Assembly (NCBI GenBank): GCA_033763455.1
Contig: JANRKO010000068.1
Span: 1-33,698 of the forward strand
Length of the DNA stretch: 33,698 nt
Source of the DNA: Polyangiaceae bacterium
Lineage (GTDB): Bacteria > Myxococcota_A > Polyangia > Polyangiales > Polyangiaceae
Direction of reading: 5' to 3'
Below, one piece after another: positions 1-8,711 of the stretch. Position 1 is the stretch's first letter. Every line of letters begins with the position of its first letter. The translations under genes were made by a program, and so were the position numbers. Under the pieces are notes generated by a model, which worked only from the letters and a program-made list of their open reading frames with translations, ran no database searches and was not told the origin of the DNA.

Positions 1-102
1 CGCCTCATCCACCGTTGCGAGGTTATTCCCATCGAAGGCCAGAGCTATCGCGCCAAAGAAGCCAAGGAACGCGCACAAACAAAACAGCGGAGCCCCAACT
101 AA
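1..102 (+). CDS. istB: IS21-family helper ATPase IstB, C-terminal fragment (5' partial)
   Basis: Frame 1 reads RLIHRCEVIPIEGQSYRAKEAKERAQTKQRSPN*, matching the IstB C-terminal motif (D)RLxHxxxxxxIxGxSYR. It is not in the ORF track because the start lies outside the window. Confidence 0.82.
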   Translation, partial: RLIHRCEVIPIEGQSYRAKEAKERAQTKQRSPN

Positions 103-141
103 ACGCGCTCACATTGGCGCCGTTTTATGTGCCCGCTAACA
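1..141 (+). mobile_element. Right end of an IS21-family insertion sequence (runs off the window start)
   Basis: An IstB-like C-terminus at 1-102 is followed by a short tail ending ...CCGTTTTATGTGCCCGCTAACA at 141. Its reverse complement, TGTTAGCGGGCACATAAAACGG, resembles IS21-family TGT...ACA termini. A different gene resumes mid-domain immediately after 141. Confidence 0.8.
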
Positions 142-664
142 GGCCCCATTTTGCGGAAACAAGGCCGTGGATGTCGCCTTTGGAGAAAAGTGCGACGACG
201 GCGTCAACAGCGGAGCCGCCGGCTCGTGCTCCCCAGATTGTAAAGCTGCCATTCCTCTCGCCTCATGCGGAAATGGCACCAAAGAGGGCATCGAGCAGTG
301 CGACGCGGGTGCGAGCAATGGCACCGCTCAAAGTACGTGCGACGCCCGCTGCCGCATCAAGTGCGGCAACGGCTCCGTGGATAGCGGCGAACAGTGCGAC
401 GACGGCGTGAATAACGGTAGTTACGGCACCTGTAACATGAACTGCACTTTCGCCGGTTACTGCGGCGATCTGAGCGTTAGCGGCCCCGAACAATGTGATC
501 TCGGCCCCGCCAACCAATCCAACCCTTACGGGGCGAATCTCTGTACCAAAGGTTGCCTCAACGCACCGAAATGCGGCGACGGCCGCATTCAAGCGGACCA
601 GGGAGAGCAGTGCGACGGGGCTCCAGGCTGCACCTCGGCGTGCCTCTGGCCCATCTTGAAGTAA
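142..664 (+). pseudogene. 3' remnant of a DUF4215 / myxobacterial Cys-rich repeat surface protein, cut by the IS21 element
   Basis: It contains repeated CG(N/D)G...GEQCD(D)G units. The frame of ORF 167-664 extends upstream as APFCGNKAVDVAFGEKCDDG right up to the IS end. There is no signal peptide or real start. Confidence 0.78.
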
Positions 665-733
665 ACCCCCTGCATACTCAGGGGCACGGCACGCAGCAGA
701 GCGCGGTCGCGGTGGAGAATTATTGGATGGAAG

Positions 734-1873
734 TTAAGGGCCTTCGCCAAGCACGTCCTTCGGCAGGATCCTAGTGTCGCTTCGAAGTAGCCCCTTGGAG
801 GTCAGAAAATCAAAGTCCACTACCAAAGGATTCCCGGGGTCATCCGGCAGAAGGAAGCGCCCGTTTTCAAGTTTTGGCTCCCGCAAGAAGTACTCGGAGA
901 AGCCCCAAAGTACTGGAAATAGAATTTCGCTGAGGGTCGTTTCAGGAGCGGTTGCTGCAAACACGCACCCCACTTGCGGTTGACCAGGCAAGGAGAGAGG
1001 CAGTTCGTGCCGAACGGCCAGATCTCGAACTTCAAACCACTCGTGGCAACTGGCGGAGCCGAGAGGGTTAGGTTGAAGATGCCGGACACCCGCCTCTACG
1101 AGCGACGGGTACACTTTCGAAGAGCGTTCAGATTCACCAAAGGCGGCCGGTATTTCAGATCCCGAACAGAACTCGCGAATAGCAATCAAGTCAGCAGAAT
1201 GCACGGGTTCTTCAAACCAGGCAATGTCACAATCCGCGATGGATTGGATGAATCGCAGCGCAAGTTTACTTGACCATGCCTGATTTGCATCGACAGCCAG
1301 GCGCACACCACTTCCGAGGTGCTTTCGTACGCTTCGCACGCGCGCGATATCGCGCTCCATCTCAGTGCCAAGGTTGGTGCCAACTTTCATTTTTACGGTG
1401 TGGAAGCCTCGTTCGGCGAATCCGAGAAGCTCTTCCAGCAACTGCTCCTCGGTGAGGGCTGTGCTTCCCCCGGAGCCGTAGGCTGCCGCCCAATCGCGTG
1501 TAGCTCCAAGATAACGGTGCAGCGGCTTTTTTGCTCGCTTTGCACCAATATCTGCAAACGCTCGATCGAGCGCGCCAAGCCCGCCCATTGCGGGTCCCCG
1601 GAACCCCGCGTTTCTGAGGCTCCAATACATTTTCGGGTATATTTCTGAATGCGGAGTGGGCCTCCCTGTAAATAGATGCCTCAACAGGTGCCGGTCACAG
1701 TCACCGTACGATAAGCTGTGTCCGACAGTGCCATCGGCATCCGTGACGGAGAGCACCCTCATGTTGTAGCTGTCAAACGGACCACCTGTGCCATCGAAAA
1801 AGGGTCGCTTGAGCTTTGATGGGACGAGTGAGCGTAAGCGAACCTCGGTGATGTGAAATGATTCGTTGAGCAT
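734..1873 (-). CDS. Mandelate racemase/muconate-lactonizing enzyme (enolase superfamily) protein
   Basis: Motifs seen: ALDRAFADIGAK...PLHRYLG capping-domain motif, KMK, DAN, WFEEP, GESE. The start is placed at ATG 1873 (MLNESF) because the upstream extension in ORF 734-2029 looks non-coding. Confidence 0.88.
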   Translation of the reverse strand: MLNESFHITEVRLRSLVPSKLKRPFFDGTGGPFDSYNMRVLSVTDADGTVGHSLSYGDCDRHLLRHLFTGRPTPHSEIYPKMYWSLRNAGFRGPAMGGLGALDRAFADIGAKRAKKPLHRYLGATRDWAAAYGSGGSTALTEEQLLEELLGFAERGFHTVKMKVGTNLGTEMERDIARVRSVRKHLGSGVRLAVDANQAWSSKLALRFIQSIADCDIAWFEEPVHSADLIAIREFCSGSEIPAAFGESERSSKVYPSLVEAGVRHLQPNPLGSASCHEWFEVRDLAVRHELPLSLPGQPQVGCVFAATAPETTLSEILFPVLWGFSEYFLREPKLENGRFLLPDDPGNPLVVDFDFLTSKGLLRSDTRILPKDVLGEGP

Positions 1874-2173
1874 AAGAGTGACCGAACTGTTCCTTGGTGC
1901 AGCGCACTTCAGCGCTGCATCGTAAGTAGGGTGAAGGATCAACGCGGAAAGGGGACCTAGCAAGATTTTCGAGCGCGTACTGGAGGTCGAGCCGGAATGC
2001 CCCGAACACCAGCCACGGGAGGGGCGCAAAGCGAGGAAGAATTCTTGGCCCCTGGCGCCAAGAATAAGCTTTCTCCCCCAATCCCTCTAGGCGTAAGCCA
2101 CGGCTCAACGTAGTCTTCTGCGTTTCCGGGCACCCATGTCGGACGCAGATGACGGCGGAGTAGAGACCAAAAC

Positions 2174-3895
2174 ATGTTTCAGCGTGCAATAGCCTTAGCT
2201 TGTTCGAGTTGTGTTTGCTTGTGGGCAGGGGGCGTGGCGGCCCAGAGCGCGGGGGGCTTCGCACTGAATCGGTTCGATCCTTCGGAGCGCGGCAGCGAAT
2301 GGTTTGTGAGTGACACTCTTGATTTCCGGGGCAACGGTCGGGTGGCGTTGGGCGTGGTGGGGGATTGGGCGCACAAGCCTTTGGTTGTTTATGACGCCCA
2401 GGGGGACGAGGTGGCGCCTGTGGTTGAAGATCAGGTGTTTGCCCATTTGGGGCTCTCATGGGTCATCGCCGAGCGGCTGCGCCTAGCGGCCAATCTGCCG
2501 CTCGCTCTGGTGCAGCAGGGCCAAGACCAAGCGGTGGGTGCCACACAGTTAAACGTTAAAAATGGCGCAGGCTTGGGGGATTTGCGCTTCGCGGCGGACG
2601 TGCGCTTGGCGGGCGCCTATCGCGATCCGGCGTCTCTTGCACTTGGCGTACGTGTGTTTACGCCCACGGGTGATCGAGCGGCGTATACCAGTGACGGCAC
2701 TTTGCGGCTGCTGCCGGAATTGCTATTCGCGGGGGAGCTTGGTTCATTCGCTTACGCTGCTCGCGCCGGGTTTCAGTATCGCCCGCACGATTCAGCATTT
2801 GCCGGGGTGCCGATGGGCAACGAAGTAGTGCTGGGAGCGGCGGCGGGGTTGAGGCTTTTGGAGGGTCATTTGGTGGTGGGTCCGGAGCTTTTCGGAACCA
2901 CGAACGTGCAGGTGTCCTCCGCTGCGTTTGACAGGAAAACAACGCCTTTTGAAGTGCTATTCGGGGGTCACTACAAGACGGATTCGGGGGTGCGTGTGGG
3001 TATGGGGGCAGGGCCGGGGCTGACGCGTGGTCTCGGCGCACCCAAGTTTCGTGGGCTCCTGTCGCTTGAATGGCTGACAGAGCCGGAACAGCCAAAGGTT
3101 CCGCGCGAGGCGCCGCCCTCCGATCGCGATCACGATGGCATAGCCGACACCGAAGATGCGTGCCCGGACGAAGAAGGTATTCGCACTGACGACTCCCGGA
3201 CCAATGGCTGCCCGGTGCCAGGCGATCGCGACGGGGACGGCGTGATTGACGCTAACGACGCGTGTGTCGATGAAGCCGGCGTTCGCACCGAAGATCCGAA
3301 GACGAATGGCTGCCCGAAGCCCAAAGATCGGGATCTCGACGGCGTGCTCGATGTGGACGACGCCTGCGTTGATGAACCTGGGGTAAAGACAGACGATCCG
3401 AAGACGAATGGTTGCCCTCCGCCCAAAGATACAGATGGCGATAAGATCCTGGATCCGGATGATGCCTGCGTCGATCAAGCCGGCCCACCCAATAAAGATA
3501 CCAAAAAGCATGGCTGCCCCATGGCCGTTGTGCAAAACGAACAGATCATCATTTTGCAGCGCGTGGAGTTCGAGAACAACAAGGCCGTGATTCGGCCTGA
3601 GAGCGAAAATGTCTTAAAGGCCGTCTTCGACGTGCTCTCCAAACACCCGGAGATCTTGAAGATCTCGGTTGAAGGTCACACCGATGATCGCGGGGCCGAT
3701 CAGCACAACAAGCGCCTGAGCGAGGCACGCGCAAAGGCCGTCGTGGCGTGGCTTGTAGCCAAGGGGATCCAAGCGGAGCGGCTGGAATCTCGCGGCTTTG
3801 GCGAGGAAAAGCCGATCGACACCAACACCACCGATGAAGGCCGACAGAACAATCGACGCGTGGAATTCCACATCACGAAGAAGAGCGAACTCTAA
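2174..3895 (+). CDS. OmpA-family outer membrane protein: N-terminal beta-barrel, thrombospondin type-3 repeats and OmpA C-terminal domain (TraB-like architecture)
   Basis: It has a signal peptide, amphipathic beta-strands, four DxDxDGxxDxxDAC repeats, and the OmpA_C motifs VEGHTD, N..LSEARA..V and NRRVEF. Confidence 0.92.
   Translation: MFQRAIALACSSCVCLWAGGVAAQSAGGFALNRFDPSERGSEWFVSDTLDFRGNGRVALGVVGDWAHKPLVVYDAQGDEVAPVVEDQVFAHLGLSWVIAERLRLAANLPLALVQQGQDQAVGATQLNVKNGAGLGDLRFAADVRLAGAYRDPASLALGVRVFTPTGDRAAYTSDGTLRLLPELLFAGELGSFAYAARAGFQYRPHDSAFAGVPMGNEVVLGAAAGLRLLEGHLVVGPELFGTTNVQVSSAAFDRKTTPFEVLFGGHYKTDSGVRVGMGAGPGLTRGLGAPKFRGLLSLEWLTEPEQPKVPREAPPSDRDHDGIADTEDACPDEEGIRTDDSRTNGCPVPGDRDGDGVIDANDACVDEAGVRTEDPKTNGCPKPKDRDLDGVLDVDDACVDEPGVKTDDPKTNGCPPPKDTDGDKILDPDDACVDQAGPPNKDTKKHGCPMAVVQNEQIIILQRVEFENNKAVIRPESENVLKAVFDVLSKHPEILKISVEGHTDDRGADQHNKRLSEARAKAVVAWLVAKGIQAERLESRGFGEEKPIDTNTTDEGRQNNRRVEFHITKKSEL
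3122..3520 (+). repeat. Four tandem 102-bp (34-aa) TSP3-like Ca-binding repeats
   Basis: Units start at 3122, 3224, 3326 and 3428 with consensus DxDxDxxxDxxDACxDxxGxxxxDxxxxGCP. Confidence 0.9.
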
Positions 3896-6800
3896 TGGCA
3901 AATTCGAAACAACCGAATACGAGTCCGTCGTTGTTTTTAACCAGGTGCGGGAGGCTCGGCGCTGCCGAGCGTTTGCGTCCAGAAGCCCCGCTTTCGGTGT
4001 GTGGCTTGGGGCGGCTGGCATCCGCCGTTGGGCTGCTCTTCACGCTCGGGTGTGTGAGTGCGTGTTCTGAAGCCGTCGAACCGACAAGAAAGCCAGCCGA
4101 AGTTAAGGCTGGTACGGCTACTCAGGCCTTGGTGGCTGAAGATGGAGTCAGCACGGTGGCCCAGCCCGATAGCGTAGTGAATGCGTACGCGGTGTTGGCA
4201 GCGGATGCCGCATTGGGTGCGGTTTCGCTCAGCGTAACGAACGTGGCGGATCTTACCGTGGGTGGCTTGGGAGCGCTTGCCGCGGGAGATCTCTTGTTGG
4301 TGTACCAAGCGCAAGGGGCCACCATGGATACGACCGACAGCGCCGCGTACGGTACGGTGGCTTCGCTCGGGAACGCGGGTGGTTACGAGGTGGTGGGCGT
4401 GCAAGCCGTGAACGGCAACAGCATCACGCTGAGTTGCGCGCTCAAGCACGCGTATTCTGCGGCAGGCAAGACTCAGGTCGTCCGGGTTCCCCAATACGAC
4501 AGCCTTACGGTGAACAACGGCGCCAGCATCGTGGCACCGAATTGGGACGGCGCTCGCGGCGGTATCGTTGCCGTGCACGCTAAGACTGTGACTCTCAACG
4601 GCGCTATCGACGTGAGCGCACGAGGCTTTCGGGGCGGCGCCGTGGACAACATGTCGGGTGCTACGGGCCGTAATGTTCCTACCTATCGCATTGGGATGGC
4701 GTCGGAAGGCGCCGAAAAGGGGGAAGGAGTGGCCGGAAGCGCCACGGAATATGATGCTCTCCTTGGGCGCTATGGTCGCGGGGCACCTATCAACGGCGGC
4801 GGCGGTGGCAATAGCCACAATGCGGGTGGCGGCGGTGGCGCTAACACCAAGCCAGCTGCTGTTAACCTGAATACTTGGAACGGCGCTGGGTTCATGGATA
4901 CGAATGCCGCGTGGCTGAACGCGTGGATGCTCGATCCCGCCTATGCAGCCAATGGTAACGCTCGCACCACTTCGCCGGGCGGCGGTCGCGGCGGTTACAC
5001 GTACTCCAACAGCAATCAAAATGCCCTCACCAGGGCCCCGGGTGAAGCCCAATGGCAGGGCGACAATCGCCAAGAGCGCGGCGGCCTCGGTGGGCGCCCG
5101 CTTGATGCCGATCCGACGGGGCGAGTGTTCTTCGGAGGTGGCGGAGGCGCGGGTGATGGCAACAACAACGGCGCTGGTCGGGGTGGTCTGGGTGGCGGCC
5201 TCGTGATTGTGATTGCCACGACCGTAACCGGAACAGGTGTCGCTCGGGCGAACGGAGAAGATGGGCAAGATACATCGGGCGGGCACAATGATGCTCCAGG
5301 CGGCGGCGGTGCCGGCGGCTCCGTTATCATCGATGCCACGACGCTTTCTGGAATCTCCATAGAAGCCAACGGCGGCGAAGGTGGCACTCAGTTTATTGGC
5401 TCGAATGCCGGACTTCCACTCGAAGCAGAGGGTCCTGGGGGTGGCGGCGGCGGTGGGCTAGTGGCTGTGCTCGGCGGGAACGTCACTGCGTCCGTGGTCG
5501 CAGGTATTCAAGGCACCACCACGGCGCCCACTCTCAGCGAGTTCATTCCCAATGGCGCCACTCAAGGGGGACCCGGGTTGTCGCTTACAACGTATGCTGG
5601 GGCGGCGTTCTGCACGGACGCAACCGCCCCCGAAACGACGATCGACCAGAAACCCGCCAATCCGTCGACGCTGAGAACTCCTAGTTTCGTGTTCTTGGCA
5701 AATGAGCCGAACGTCACATTTGAATGCCGCATCGACGGTGCCCCTTTTGCGACGTGTCCGGCTAATTATACCGCTTCCACGCTCACGTTGGGTCAACACA
5801 CGATCGACGTGCGGGCTATCGATGCTGTGGGCAACGTGGACGCCTCACCGGCGACGTACACCTGGACGATTCTCCTGGATACGGACGGGGATGGAATTGC
5901 CGACACGCTTGAGCCGGGTATCGGCACCGATCCGAATGATGCCGATACAGACGACGACGGTGCGCTTGATGGAGCGGAACCTCAACCAGGTGTTGATACG
6001 GATGGGGATGGGCTCGTCAATGCACTCGATCCAGACTCCGACAACGACGGCCTCTTGGACGGCACCGAGCTTGGCTCGAATTGCCAAAACCCCCAAACCG
6101 TCGCCGCTAAATGCGTATCGGATGCCGACAACGGAGCCACCAAGACCGATCCGCTCAATCGCGATACTGACGGCGGCGGGGCCACGGATGGCTCTGAAGA
6201 CAGCAACCTTGACGGCAAGGTAGATCAGGGAGAAACCAATCCAATCGCAGGCCAAGGTGCCGACGACGCCGGCGTGATCGATACAGACGGAGACGGGCTA
6301 GGCGATGGGCTAGAAGGCACGCTGGGTTCACTCCCAAACGACGCTGATACGGATGACGACGGCCTTCTCGACCGGTTGGAAGCAAACCCTGCGGTAGACG
6401 GCGATGCTGACGGACTAATCAACGTTCTCGACGTCGATAGCGACAACGATGCGCTGTTCGACGGAACCGAAACCGGCAAGCCCTGCGATAACCCCGCGAC
6501 GAACCAGGCCTTGGGTTACTGCATCGCAGACGCTGATACGGGCGCCACCAAGACATCGCCCGTTAAGCAAGATACGGATGGCGGCGGCGTGCGCGATGGC
6601 TCCGAGGACGGCAATCGCAACGGCGGCCCAGATCAGGGCGAAACGGATCCCACTGCGGGCCACCAAGCCGATGATTCCGGCGTGTTGGACACAGATTCCG
6701 ACGGCTTGAGCGATATCCTAGAAACGAACCTGGGCTCCGGCGTGAACGACGCCGACAGTGATGACGATGGCTTACTGGATGGGCTTGAACCCAACCCAAG

Positions 6801-7635
6801 CGAAGATCACGATCGCGACGGATCGATCAACGTACGGGATAGAGATAGCGACGCTGATGGCTTGTTTGACGGCACTGAAGCAGGAAAAGACTGCGCAAAT
6901 ACGGCCACCGACGCCGCCGCTGCAAGTTGCACGGCTGATGCCGATGCAGGCGCCACCAAGACCTGGGTGCTCATTCCGGATACTGACAAAGGCGGAGTGG
7001 CCGACGGCCTAGAGGACGACAACAAGAACGGGCGTGTCGACGCCAACGAACGTGATCCGAATCTTCGCACGGATGACGGCTGCGAAACTGATAGCAACTG
7101 TGGTGCAGCACAGAGTGGGATCGTCTGTGTCGCGCACGCGTGCGTGCCAGGTTGCCGCGGAACGGGCGGAAATGGCTGCCTTGCGGGAGCCGTGTGTTCA
7201 TCGGTGGATGCAACGGTGGGTCAGTGCAGTGTGCCGAATGCTGGCGCGGGTGGCATGGCTGGTGCGGCTGGCGCAGGTGGTATAGCTGGTGCTGCCGGTG
7301 CGGTAAGTAGCGGTGGCGCTGGTGGCGCGAGCCTGAGCGGTGGCTCGGCTGGCGTTGCTACGGGTGGCATGGCCTCGGGTGGAACGCCTGGCAGCGGTGG
7401 CGCCGCAGCGGGTGGCGCCGCATCCGGTGGAACGCCCAGTGCGGCGAGCGGCGGCTCTGCCAAGGCCGTGGGAGCAACCGTTGAAGGCGGCGGTTGTAGT
7501 TGTCGTATAGCTCCAGATCCCCAAAAGAGTTCAGCTGCCCAATTGGCGGGCGCGCTGGGCGGTTTAGCGTTCGCGTATTGGCGGCGGAGAACATCCCGGA
7601 AGCGTGGGCGAGCTGCAGTGGGTCCGGAAATTTAG
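3895..7635 (+). CDS. Large cell-surface adhesin-like protein: AgmC-like Gly-rich N-terminal domain, Ig-like domain, Asp-rich Ca-binding repeats, Cys-rich domain, Gly/Ala linker, MYXO-CTERM anchor
   Basis: The start overlaps the upstream stop (TAATG). Motifs: possible lipobox VSAC; GDLLLVYQ..QVVRVPQY..APNWDG..GGIVA..GFRGG (AgmC-like); PETTI..FECRIDG..HTIDVRAIDAVGN..YTWT (Ig-like); DTDGDG repeats; C-terminal GGGCSCR...hydrophobic helix...RRR. Confidence 0.88.
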   Translation: MANSKQPNTSPSLFLTRCGRLGAAERLRPEAPLSVCGLGRLASAVGLLFTLGCVSACSEAVEPTRKPAEVKAGTATQALVAEDGVSTVAQPDSVVNAYAVLAADAALGAVSLSVTNVADLTVGGLGALAAGDLLLVYQAQGATMDTTDSAAYGTVASLGNAGGYEVVGVQAVNGNSITLSCALKHAYSAAGKTQVVRVPQYDSLTVNNGASIVAPNWDGARGGIVAVHAKTVTLNGAIDVSARGFRGGAVDNMSGATGRNVPTYRIGMASEGAEKGEGVAGSATEYDALLGRYGRGAPINGGGGGNSHNAGGGGGANTKPAAVNLNTWNGAGFMDTNAAWLNAWMLDPAYAANGNARTTSPGGGRGGYTYSNSNQNALTRAPGEAQWQGDNRQERGGLGGRPLDADPTGRVFFGGGGGAGDGNNNGAGRGGLGGGLVIVIATTVTGTGVARANGEDGQDTSGGHNDAPGGGGAGGSVIIDATTLSGISIEANGGEGGTQFIGSNAGLPLEAEGPGGGGGGGLVAVLGGNVTASVVAGIQGTTTAPTLSEFIPNGATQGGPGLSLTTYAGAAFCTDATAPETTIDQKPANPSTLRTPSFVFLANEPNVTFECRIDGAPFATCPANYTASTLTLGQHTIDVRAIDAVGNVDASPATYTWTILLDTDGDGIADTLEPGIGTDPNDADTDDDGALDGAEPQPGVDTDGDGLVNALDPDSDNDGLLDGTELGSNCQNPQTVAAKCVSDADNGATKTDPLNRDTDGGGATDGSEDSNLDGKVDQGETNPIAGQGADDAGVIDTDGDGLGDGLEGTLGSLPNDADTDDDGLLDRLEANPAVDGDADGLINVLDVDSDNDALFDGTETGKPCDNPATNQALGYCIADADTGATKTSPVKQDTDGGGVRDGSEDGNRNGGPDQGETDPTAGHQADDSGVLDTDSDGLSDILETNLGSGVNDADSDDDGLLDGLEPNPSEDHDRDGSINVRDRDSDADGLFDGTEAGKDCANTATDAAAASCTADADAGATKTWVLIPDTDKGGVADGLEDDNKNGRVDANERDPNLRTDDGCETDSNCGAAQSGIVCVAHACVPGCRGTGGNGCLAGAVCSSVDATVGQCSVPNAGAGGMAGAAGAGGIAGAAGAVSSGGAGGASLSGGSAGVATGGMASGGTPGSGGAAAGGAASGGTPSAASGGSAKAVGATVEGGGCSCRIAPDPQKSSAAQLAGALGGLAFAYWRRRTSRKRGRAAVGPEI
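5878..7080 (+). repeat. Three tandem ~134-136-aa Asp/Cys-rich Ca-binding super-repeats
   Basis: Units start at 5878, 6280 and 6688. Each reads DTDxDGxxDxLE..NDADxDDDG..DSDxDxLxDGTExG..C..C.xDADxGATKT..DTDxGGxxDGxED. Confidence 0.88.
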
Positions 7636-7697
7636 AGAGAGACCACACCGAAAGCATCGCGCTCGCATTGGGCGGCCCACTCGCGTAGAGTGCAGCG

Positions 7698-8585
7698 ATG
7701 CTAGCTATGCGCGTACTACTGTTGTTGCCGCTTGGATGTGGTCTTGCGGCGTTAACTACTGGCTGCTCTGATAAGGGGACCTCGGCTCCGACCACGAGTA
7801 GCGGTGGGGCAGCGAGTTCTGGCACCGGTGGCGGCGCGTCTATAGGCAGCGGGGGCAAATCGAGTGGCGCAGGCGGTGGCGCGGCTTCCGGGGGAGCCAA
7901 AGCGTCCGGTGGTAGTTCCGCAGGTGGTAGTTCCGCAGGCGGTAGTGCCAACACTGCTGCAGGGGGGATGAGCGCTGTGGGTGGGAGCGTCGGTAACCTG
8001 GGAGGCACTGGTGGTTCTGCGCCCGCTAACGCGATGACTTTTTTCGTCACGAGTGACACAGCCGCCACCGGGAACTTGGGAGGCCTCGCTGCGGCTGACC
8101 AACGTTGCCAGACTCTTGCGGCTGCGGTAGGGCGTGGAGGCGCCACCTGGCGAGCCTACTTGAGCACCGAGAACCCCGCCGTAAATGCCATCGACCGTAT
8201 TTCCAACGGTCCTTACATCAACTCCAAGGGCGTGACGGTTGCAGCAGACAAAGCAGCCCTTCACGCTCGCGCAGGCGATGCCGAGCTTTTCCTGGATGAG
8301 AACGGCATGAAGATCAACGGGCAGTGGCAAGGTTCCCCAGATCCCAACCAACACGACATCATGACTGGGAGCAACGCCGACGGGAGTGTGAAGGCGGGTG
8401 CAACCTGTGGGGATTGGACATCTGCCGAAGGAAACGTTTCGGTTGGGCACTCCGATGGGCTCGGGCCAAACATGAATCCAGCGCCGCCATACAGTTCCTG
8501 GAATGGTGCCCACAACGGTGACTGTTCGGATCCTAAGCCTTCAGGCGGTGCGGGCCGGATTTATTGCTTTGTCGGCGCCCCCTAA
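7698..8585 (+). CDS. Lipoprotein with Gly/Ser linker and endostatin/DUF1554-like (C-type lectin fold) domain
   Basis: Lipobox LTTGC. The C-terminal domain carries FFVTS..GNLGGLAAADQRCQ..WRAYLS..HDIMTGS..TCGDWTS..IYCF. Confidence 0.82.
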   Translation: MLAMRVLLLLPLGCGLAALTTGCSDKGTSAPTTSSGGAASSGTGGGASIGSGGKSSGAGGGAASGGAKASGGSSAGGSSAGGSANTAAGGMSAVGGSVGNLGGTGGSAPANAMTFFVTSDTAATGNLGGLAAADQRCQTLAAAVGRGGATWRAYLSTENPAVNAIDRISNGPYINSKGVTVAADKAALHARAGDAELFLDENGMKINGQWQGSPDPNQHDIMTGSNADGSVKAGATCGDWTSAEGNVSVGHSDGLGPNMNPAPPYSSWNGAHNGDCSDPKPSGGAGRIYCFVGAP

Positions 8586-8711
8586 ACGTCAAAGGTCACC
8601 AACCTGCTTCGAATCCCGATTGCCGAAACACGGTAGGAGGGAAGCCCACCCTGGCGCCTTAACGGGCCAGGAGCTTGGGTCGTCTGCCGTGCAGGTAATT
8701 TGTCGAAAAGA

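Noticed and set aside
15..410. 131-aa ORF at the window start
   Set aside because: It is an off-frame overlap of the istB tail, the IS end and the DUF4215 remnant, with no recognisable motifs.
1895..2065. Two hairpins (TGCAGCGC/GCGCTGCA and ATTCTTGGC/GCCAAGAAT) and a GGGCGCAAAGC motif in the divergent intergenic region
   Set aside because: There are no U-tracts for terminators and no GEMM P2 stem before the motif. They could be operators but cannot be supported from sequence alone.
2174..3895. Assigning the gene symbol traB (and agmC to the next gene)
   Set aside because: The architecture matches, but myxobacteria carry several such paralogues and the partner is not TraA. Orthology cannot be shown without a phylogeny.
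3937..5286. 449-aa antisense ORF and other long antisense ORFs (e.g. 7358-8146, 7752-8513, 16447-17076, 30596-31261)
   Set aside because: These are shadow ORFs opposite well-supported GC-rich, Gly/Ala-rich genes, and they have no domain signatures.
3122..7080. Regularly spaced repeats considered as a possible CRISPR array
   Set aside because: The repeats are in-frame, vary at third codon positions and encode protein motifs. There is no repeat-spacer structure and no cas gene.
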